DNA of 64,000 nucleotides from Candidatus Multivoradales bacterium (GTDB lineage: Bacteria > Acidobacteriota > Thermoanaerobaculia > Multivoradales > J023). Shown piece by piece: positions 57,677 through 64,000 of this stretch. The position numbers and the translations under genes are program-made. Within the stretch, counting starts at the first letter, position 1, and the number at the start of each line of letters is the position of its first letter. Below the pieces are notes generated by a model. The model was given only the letters and a program-made list of their open reading frames with translations, was not told the DNA's origin and made no database searches. The stretch spans positions 2,912,001 to 2,976,000 of the forward strand of contig CBDFLE010000006.1 of the NCBI GenBank assembly GCA_965248925.1, written 5' to 3'.

Positions 57677-57817
57677 GTGGATGCCCTGGCAGGTCTGCGC
57701 CGCCTCTATCCCGCTAAGCGGTTGCTTGAACAGACCGCTCGGTTGGCGGCTTACGAATCCGACGGGCTCACCGCTCTGCGCCAAAGACCGCGTGCTGGTG
57801 TGATTTCGCGGGAGTGA
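57677..57817 (+). pseudogene. N-terminal remnant of a GlcD-like FAD-linked oxidase
   Basis: LAAYESDGLTALRQRPRA matches the GlcD N-terminus, then the ORF stops. Confidence 0.65.
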
Positions 57818-57821
57818 GGAG

Positions 57822-58196
57822 ATGAAGATGACATGGGTTCAAATTAGCCTTCGGGTGCAGGGAATCTACGCCCTGGTGATGGGGCTGCTGATGGTGGCGG
57901 CGCCGGGTTTCTTGTTGGGCTCTTTGCGAGTTCCCACCGATGGTCCATGGGTGCGTTTGGTGGGATTGTTGGCGATCGCGTTGGCAATCTACTATTTCGC
58001 CGCCGTGAGTGCTGGTAGGGACGGTCTGTGGTTCGCGCGCGCTAGCCTGTACGGTCGCGCCGTTGCAGTGATTGGCTTGGTGGTCTTGGCGGGAGTCTTC
58101 GGTTATCCGAGGCTAGTGTTGGTGGTGTCGTGCGAGGCGGCGCTCACCGTTTGGACCTGGCGAGCGCTGCACGGAGTCGTGGCGACTAAGAAGTGA
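57822..58196 (+). CDS. Integral membrane protein (4 TM)
   Basis: GAGGAG RBS and hydrophobic helices. Confidence 0.8.
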   Translation: MKMTWVQISLRVQGIYALVMGLLMVAAPGFLLGSLRVPTDGPWVRLVGLLAIALAIYYFAAVSAGRDGLWFARASLYGRAVAVIGLVVLAGVFGYPRLVLVVSCEAALTVWTWRALHGVVATKK

Positions 58197-58324
58197 CCCC
58201 GCAGGTACATCGTTCCCAAGACTCTGAGGCGCGGCTCAATTTGGTGTCTCGCTGAGGAGGTCAAACTACCAGGGTCTGGGTGAATACACTTGCGCGACGT
58301 CAACGGTGCTGGCAAAACGCATGC

Positions 58325-58671
58325 ATGACCGTTCAAATAACCATTCGCAACGTTCCCGACGAGGTGCGCGATGCGCTGGCCGCGCGGGCACACGATGAAC
58401 GTCAATCGATGCAGGAATTTCTTCTGGATCAGCTCAAAGGGTTGGTTAGCAAACCGTCTGTGGCGCGGTGGGTAGCGGCGGTACGGGAGCACTAGTCGGC
58501 GCGTCCGACAGATCTGACAGCTGCCACAATTCTCACTCACCGGGATCAGGATCGCCGGTGAGTGCCTGGTACGTGGCGCTTGCCGAGGCTCTCGCTCTAC
58601 CGCTCGCTACCCTCGATGTCCGACTGGCGCGGGCCAGCGGGCCGGTTTGTGACTTCGAGTTGCTTGCTTGA
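58325..58671 (+). pseudogene. Decayed vapBC/fitAB-type toxin-antitoxin pair
   Basis: RHH antitoxin ITIRNVPDEV...SMQEFL with a premature TAG at 58493 (frame continues to TGA at 58561). The PIN toxin is reduced to its C-terminus, AWYVALAE...L.TLD.RL. Confidence 0.8.
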
Positions 58672-58713
58672 TCTTCGAGCGGTAGCTGCCAAGCCTTCGC
58701 CGTTAGCTTCACC

Positions 58714-60234
58714 TTAATACCCGGTCGCCAACACCTCGACTTGCAACGAGCCCATCGCTGGAACGATGGCGGCCATGTCACGCATTGCCGAGGCTTCGTC
58801 GGCAAGGGCCGAGACGGTGAAGGCGATGTGCGCGGCGTCGAAGGGCTGATCGCCGGACAGAGTGGCGTCAAGATCGATCCAGCGATCATCGATCAAGCCC
58901 TGGGTCCACATGTGGTAGCCGAAGAGGTCGCGTTGGCCGACAAAGCTTTCGACGTAGACGAGGCCGGTGACTACCCGCGCCGGGATGCCGTCGGCGCGCA
59001 GCAGGGCGGTGAGTAGCACGGCGTGCTCGGTGCAATCGCCGGAGCGGCTGGCGGCGACTTCGGTGGCGGTGGCGAGCAGCGAGTCGAGGTTTTTCTCGGC
59101 CACGAACTGGGCCACGAAGCGATGCAGCCGCTGCGCTCGATCGAGGGGCTTTGCCGGCGCTTCGGCCATCGCCTGCTGGTGCAGCTGGCGCAACGACTCG
59201 TGCTCGAAATCTATGTAAGGAGAGCTGCGCAGATAGGGCGCCAGGTCCAGGTCTTTCTGCCTTGGCTTGCTGGAACCGAGCTCGACGGTAATGGTCGAAT
59301 AACGGCGCTTGTTTTTGCTCCGCTGGTAGCCGATCGACGGCAGGCCGGGCAACTGACCGTCGTCGAGACTCAGCTTGTAGACCGCGCGGCGAAGCTGGCG
59401 GGGTCGCTCGATGGCGCGGCTGGGATAGACGAAGGTGCGCGCCATCAACTCCGGGGCGCCTTCGATGCGCAGCACCTCATCGCGCTCGGCCAGCACCGTC
59501 AGCAACTCGAGACCGAGCATCGAGGTGGCAGAGCGCAGCATGCGGCCTTTGGCATCGAGGTTGATTGTGGTTGAAATGCCCGGTGAATGGCTCTGCTGCT
59601 GCCGCCAGCGGCTGGAGGAGACGGAATGTCCGGCCGCGACGACTTGCGTGTCTTTGGCCTCTAGCTGCCAATTGATCATTACCGGCTCCAGGCCGAGCAG
59701 CGGGTCGAGGCCGCGCAGTTCGAATTTCTTAGCGTCGGAGCTGACCCGCTGGGCTAGCTCCGCTTGCAGTCGAGCCGGGGTCAGCCATTCGCCCTCCGGC
59801 CACGGCTGGTGACTAGTGGTGACCTGGTCGCCTTGACGGCGTTCGACCTCGACCTCATCGCGGTCGCCAAAGCGATAGGTGATCTCGATCGGTTCCAGGC
59901 CGAGTTTTTGCCGCGAGGTGGCGACCAGCGGCCGGCCGTCGGCGGTCTCACTGAAACTGCTTGCCATTTCCAGCTCGGTCACCACGCCGCCGCGGCTGAG
60001 GCGAAGGCGCATCAGGATCTCGCTGGTGATCTCTTCACTTTCGGCGGTCTGGCTGCGGATCTCGCGAGTCACCATATAGCCGGCAGGTTCGCCGCTCAGC
60101 TCGACGCGGTACCAAAGTTCTTCGGCTCGAGTTGGCGTGGTCGGCTCTGGTTCAGCCGGTAGAAGGGCCGGGACGAGGAACAGAGAGAGCAGGACCGGCG
60201 GTGTTCGACGGCGGATAGAGAAGGCTGCGCGCAT
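58714..60234 (-). CDS. Secreted transglutaminase-like domain protein
   Basis: GDCTEHA, GIPARVV.G, YHMW and W..LDAT. Confidence 0.9.
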   Translation of the reverse strand: MRAAFSIRRRTPPVLLSLFLVPALLPAEPEPTTPTRAEELWYRVELSGEPAGYMVTREIRSQTAESEEITSEILMRLRLSRGGVVTELEMASSFSETADGRPLVATSRQKLGLEPIEITYRFGDRDEVEVERRQGDQVTTSHQPWPEGEWLTPARLQAELAQRVSSDAKKFELRGLDPLLGLEPVMINWQLEAKDTQVVAAGHSVSSSRWRQQQSHSPGISTTINLDAKGRMLRSATSMLGLELLTVLAERDEVLRIEGAPELMARTFVYPSRAIERPRQLRRAVYKLSLDDGQLPGLPSIGYQRSKNKRRYSTITVELGSSKPRQKDLDLAPYLRSSPYIDFEHESLRQLHQQAMAEAPAKPLDRAQRLHRFVAQFVAEKNLDSLLATATEVAASRSGDCTEHAVLLTALLRADGIPARVVTGLVYVESFVGQRDLFGYHMWTQGLIDDRWIDLDATLSGDQPFDAAHIAFTVSALADEASAMRDMAAIVPAMGSLQVEVLATGY

Positions 60235-60344
60235 GACAATTCCTTTGCTAGAAGAGGAAAGTTCTCGTGGATTGGCGTCGGTCAGCGCAACATCACGATC
60301 GCCTTGCCGTAGCTAACTACGAGCTTCTTCCTCTCCTTATTCTG

Positions 60345-60384
60345 GCCCCCGGAGGTTTCCTCAAACCTCCGGGGGCTTGTTTTA
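60345..60384. terminator. Strong hairpin, probable terminator
   Basis: GCCCCCGGAGGTTT-CCTC-AAACCTCCGGGGGC, with a T-run on the + side. Confidence 0.6.
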
Positions 60385-60415
60385 TCTGGCCAACGACTTG
60401 TGGAGCCCGGTGGCC

Positions 60416-62587
60416 TCAGGGCGCCCCTGCGCTCCAGCTCAGCGCTAGGCCCACGGAACGGCCTGGCGACAGGGTGGCCTTGTCGTCAGCTGAGGCTCGG
60501 TAGGTCTCGTCGAGCAAGTTCTTGGCCGATAGGCTGACCGCCAATCGGTGGTTGAGTTGGTAGCGCAGCGAGGACGAGACTAGCTGGGCGGAGAGGGTCG
60601 TCAGCTCGCCGTTGCCGGGATCATTCTTGCTTGCCCGATACTGCCAGGCGAGTTGCCCCCGCCACCGATCGCGGTCGTGGCGCAGGCTGATCCGCAGTCG
60701 GTCAGAGGGGATATCGGCCAGTGCTTGGCCGCCGTCTGCGCGGCCGTTCAGCGAGTGGCCGCTCCAGCTTATAGTCCAGCGCTCCAGTGGGCGGAAGAAG
60801 CCCTCGACTTCGAAGCCTTCGATGGTGCCACTCAGCAGATTGACGAAAGTCAGCAGGTTGGGCTCCAGCTCGATGCGCTCGATGTAATCGTCGATCTCCA
60901 GGCGGAAGACTTGGGTGCTGAAGAAAGTGCGATCACCGTACCAGCGCAGGCCGAGATCGGCGTTGAGCGAGCGCTCGGGGTCGAGGTCGGGATTGCCGAT
61001 CACTCCGCCGCGGCCGGTGGTGCCGGTGAAAAAGCGTTCGCTGAGGGTGGCGAAACGCAGTCCGGTGCCCAGGTTAGCGGTCAGCTCGAAGCCCTTGCCG
61101 AAGGGATAGACCAGGCCGGCAAAGCCGGTCAATGCTTGATCCTCGCCGCTCGAAAAACCACTGTTGTTTTGCTGCTGAAAAGTCAGCCGGGCACCGGCTT
61201 CGAGGGTTGCCGCGCCCCAGCCCCAGCGCAGCGTGCCGTAAGCTGCCAGCTCGTTCTGCTCACCGCCGTCGAGACCGCGGACAACTGTGCGAGCACCACT
61301 GTCGAAGCGCTCTTCGGTGTCCGCGGCGCTGACCCCGTGGCGGCCAAAGTAGTCGATGCCGAAGCGGCCAGCGACTTTGGGGCCGATCTTGAAGCGTCGC
61401 TGCCAATCGGCGCCGACATCGAAAGCTCTGTTTTCGATCGTGTTGCGACGGCTGCCGGGGCGCAGCACATCGGTGGTGAGATCGTTGGGATGGACGTAGG
61501 CCGCCAAGCTCCAGCCATCCGCGTCGGCGAGCGAAAAGCGTACCAGAAGGTGGCGCTCGCGCGGGTAGTTGGTCACCCGCCGGTCGGGGAAGTCACTGTT
61601 CGACTTGCCGATGTCGTCGCCATAGGTGGGGATCACCAGCAAGCGATAGTCGCGATTTCCACGCTGCCAGCTGCGGGCGAGAGTCGCCGAGACCTGTTCG
61701 AAATGAGAATTGCGGACGGTGCCATCGACCGCCTCGCTGTTGTTGGCTTGGCGATGGGCTAGCCCCAGGGACCACTCGCCGCCACTCCAGCCGAGCGCCT
61801 GGTAGGTCTCGTCGCCAGAGCTGGAATAGCCGCTCTCGAAGCTCCGGCCCTGGCGTTCGGCAGGGAACATCTGGATCACCCCGCCGAGGGCGCCTGAGCC
61901 GTAGTAGGTGGACGATGGGCCGCGTAGGACCTCGGTAGCGCCAAGCAGCAGAGGATCGATGAACGACGCCGAAGTCCCGGCCCGGCGTTCGCTGATGATC
62001 TGCATTCCCGCCACCAGGGTCATCACCCGCTGGCGCGACACGCCGCGGATCGAGAACACTTGAAAGATGCCTCCCTGGCCGTTCTCCGCCACCCCGGCAA
62101 TCCCTTCGACCAGCTCGGTCAAGGTGCTGGGTGGTGCGGCGCGCTCGTCTACATGGATAGCAGTGGTGGCGACGCTGACCGGTTGGTAGGAGTCGCCGAC
62201 TCCACGCCCCGCGGTGACCACGATCTCCTCGTCGAAACTCTGCTTGGGGGCCAGGGCCAAGAGCACTCGCGCGGTAGGTGTGGTGTTGATTTCGAGAGTG
62301 GCCTGCTCAAAGCGTGGGTGTTCGGCCAGCAGTAAGCAGGGGATCTCGCAGTCGATCTCGAATCGCCCTTCGGCGTCGGAAAAAGCTCTGCTGGCGGCAG
62401 TGTTCTCGCCGCTGAGCACGGCAGTCACTTTGGCCCGTTCGACAGGCTTGCCATCAGCGCTCTCGACCCGGCCTTCTAGGGCCGCGAGGGTGGCCGCAGG
62501 CCAACTCATAGCAACTAATGCAAGAGCCTTGAGAAGACGCATACTCGGACAGCTCCAAATGTTGTGGAGGGCCGGGAGATAATTCAT
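60416..62587 (-). CDS. TonB-dependent receptor
   Basis: Carboxypeptidase-like N-domain, EEIVVTA TonB box, EVLRGP.S..YG..A.GGVI, GNPDL.PE and NLLD..Y. Confidence 0.93.
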   Translation of the reverse strand: MNYLPALHNIWSCPSMRLLKALALVAMSWPAATLAALEGRVESADGKPVERAKVTAVLSGENTAASRAFSDAEGRFEIDCEIPCLLLAEHPRFEQATLEINTTPTARVLLALAPKQSFDEEIVVTAGRGVGDSYQPVSVATTAIHVDERAAPPSTLTELVEGIAGVAENGQGGIFQVFSIRGVSRQRVMTLVAGMQIISERRAGTSASFIDPLLLGATEVLRGPSSTYYGSGALGGVIQMFPAERQGRSFESGYSSSGDETYQALGWSGGEWSLGLAHRQANNSEAVDGTVRNSHFEQVSATLARSWQRGNRDYRLLVIPTYGDDIGKSNSDFPDRRVTNYPRERHLLVRFSLADADGWSLAAYVHPNDLTTDVLRPGSRRNTIENRAFDVGADWQRRFKIGPKVAGRFGIDYFGRHGVSAADTEERFDSGARTVVRGLDGGEQNELAAYGTLRWGWGAATLEAGARLTFQQQNNSGFSSGEDQALTGFAGLVYPFGKGFELTANLGTGLRFATLSERFFTGTTGRGGVIGNPDLDPERSLNADLGLRWYGDRTFFSTQVFRLEIDDYIERIELEPNLLTFVNLLSGTIEGFEVEGFFRPLERWTISWSGHSLNGRADGGQALADIPSDRLRISLRHDRDRWRGQLAWQYRASKNDPGNGELTTLSAQLVSSSLRYQLNHRLAVSLSAKNLLDETYRASADDKATLSPGRSVGLALSWSAGAP

Positions 62588-62761
62588 GGACCGCTGCTCT
62601 CGGCGGGGGATTAAGAGCCGTGGTCAAGACGGGAAAGCCCGGTGTTAAGTCGGGCCGTGGGTCGAGGCTTAGAAGCCCCTAACCGAGTTCTCACTGCGAT
62701 CTCATCGCCAAGCTTCGTGCCAAGTGACGTTGCAAGGTTGCGGTCCGTTGCAGCGAAAGTC

Positions 62762-62837
62762 TGGTAGCGCATACGGGATTCGAACCCGTGTTACCGGCGT
62801 GAGAGGCCGGCGTCCTGGACCCCTAGACGAATGCGCC
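62762..62837 (-). tRNA. tRNA-Glu(CTC)
   Basis: GGCGCAT...CCGGC-CTCTCAC-GCCGG...GGTTCGAATCC...ATGCGCTACCA, a complete cloverleaf. Confidence 0.95.
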
Positions 62838-63097
62838 TCGAATCTTTCAACAGGCGTTTGCCCACTACAAGTGCTCCCACGGCAGCCATGAGCGCCGCAG
62901 CGAGCCGATATTCTAGACAGGAATCAGCTCCAAAAGCAACTACCATCGGCGGCTGATGCCGACTTCCTGTAAACCGTCCCTACGCCACCCTCGAGACCTG
63001 CCGAGAGATCTGTCCGCCGCCTCTGTTTCGGGTCGTGGCAGGAGTTGCTAAGATCGGCCCGCCCCGCCTTCTGCGGCGTCGCTCAGACCGAGACCTC

Positions 63098-64000
63098 ATG
63101 CAATTGGATTTATCCCAGACCCGCTATCGGCCCACCGTTCAATGCCTGTGCTGGGTGTTCATCGCTCTCTGCCTGTCGGTGTCGAGCCTGAAGTCGCAAG
63201 AGCCGCCGCCGATCTACCCCACCGGCACCGCGGTGATGAGCACCGCCGGGATGGTCACCACCTTGCCCTTCACGGTGGCCCCCGCGGGTCCATTGTTGCG
63301 CTTGCAGCCGATCTGCGAGCGTCTCGGTGTCGAGCTGCGCATCGGGCCTTTGGGCGACAGCCACACCCTGGTGCTCGACGACCAGCAAGTGATTTTCGGT
63401 CCCGACAGCGCGGTGGTGATCTGGCGCTCCGCGGATGGCGCCGAGCAGCAACAGCAGCTCACACAGGCGCCGCGCCGCGCCTTGGGGGGGTTAGAGGTGC
63501 CGCTCGAGTTGCTCGAGCGCACTCTCGGCGAGCGCTTGGGCTACGATTTTCTATGGGATAGCGAACAGCTCGAGCTAACGGTGGTGCGGCGCCAGCGGCG
63601 GCTGCTGCAAGCAGAAGCCACCTTGGTGCATCAATTTGGGGTCACCACGGTCGAGATTCGTTTCTCGCAACAGCCTCGCTACCGGACCGAGATTTCCCCC
63701 GGCCAGCTCGACATCCTCTTGCTCGGTGACCAGCTGGACGAGTTGCTGTCGGTGTCGACCAGCGAAGGGTCATGGGTCGAAGGGGTCGAGGCTTTGGGCG
63801 ATCGGCTGCGGATCCGCTTGGCTCGCGACGCGGTCGCCTCCGAAGCTAGACTGATTCAATCGCCGACCCCGCGGTTGATCGTCGAGATCTTCCGTCAGGC
63901 GCCGCAGGCCTTGGTCAATCTGCCCCGTTCACAGCCTCGCCGCCGCTCGCCCGATCTACCGGGAATTCGGACTATCGTGCTCGATCCGGGGCATGGCGGC
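63098..64000 (+). CDS. N-acetylmuramoyl-L-alanine amidase (3' end outside the window)
   Basis: Open frame from ATG 63098 to the edge, ending IRTIVLDPGHGG (start of an Amidase_3 domain). Confidence 0.85.
   Translation, partial: MQLDLSQTRYRPTVQCLCWVFIALCLSVSSLKSQEPPPIYPTGTAVMSTAGMVTTLPFTVAPAGPLLRLQPICERLGVELRIGPLGDSHTLVLDDQQVIFGPDSAVVIWRSADGAEQQQQLTQAPRRALGGLEVPLELLERTLGERLGYDFLWDSEQLELTVVRRQRRLLQAEATLVHQFGVTTVEIRFSQQPRYRTEISPGQLDILLLGDQLDELLSVSTSEGSWVEGVEALGDRLRIRLARDAVASEARLIQSPTPRLIVEIFRQAPQALVNLPRSQPRRRSPDLPGIRTIVLDPGHGG

Overview
Positions ~2.7-46.8 kb are an integrated temperate phage. Leftward from the immunity switch it carries a tyrosine integrase with a coupled SIR2-like gene and an XRE repressor/TPR cassette. 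Rightward it carries a cro-like early operon, a lambda-like rep/DnaC/DnaB replication module, an extra two-recombinase module, a terminase, Mu-like head genes and siphovirus-type tail genes. It ends in the 3' half of tRNA-Arg(CCG), read as attR. A three-gene IS21-family element runs off the left edge, so attL is not visible, and a truncated IS21-family transposase follows attR. From ~50 kb the sequence looks like GC-rich host chromosome: FAH hydrolase, oxidoreductases, a hybrid kinase, decayed glcD and vapBC, a transglutaminase-like protein, a TonB receptor, tRNA-Glu and an amidase. The most unusual features are five recombinase-fold genes (two apparently catalytically dead) with tandem paralogous Xis-like genes, a repeat- and hairpin-rich spacer between two Xer-like recombinases that shares a motif with the replication origin, and a MazG-like/pesticin-muramidase fusion. 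All calls come from motif recognition by eye; no searches were run.
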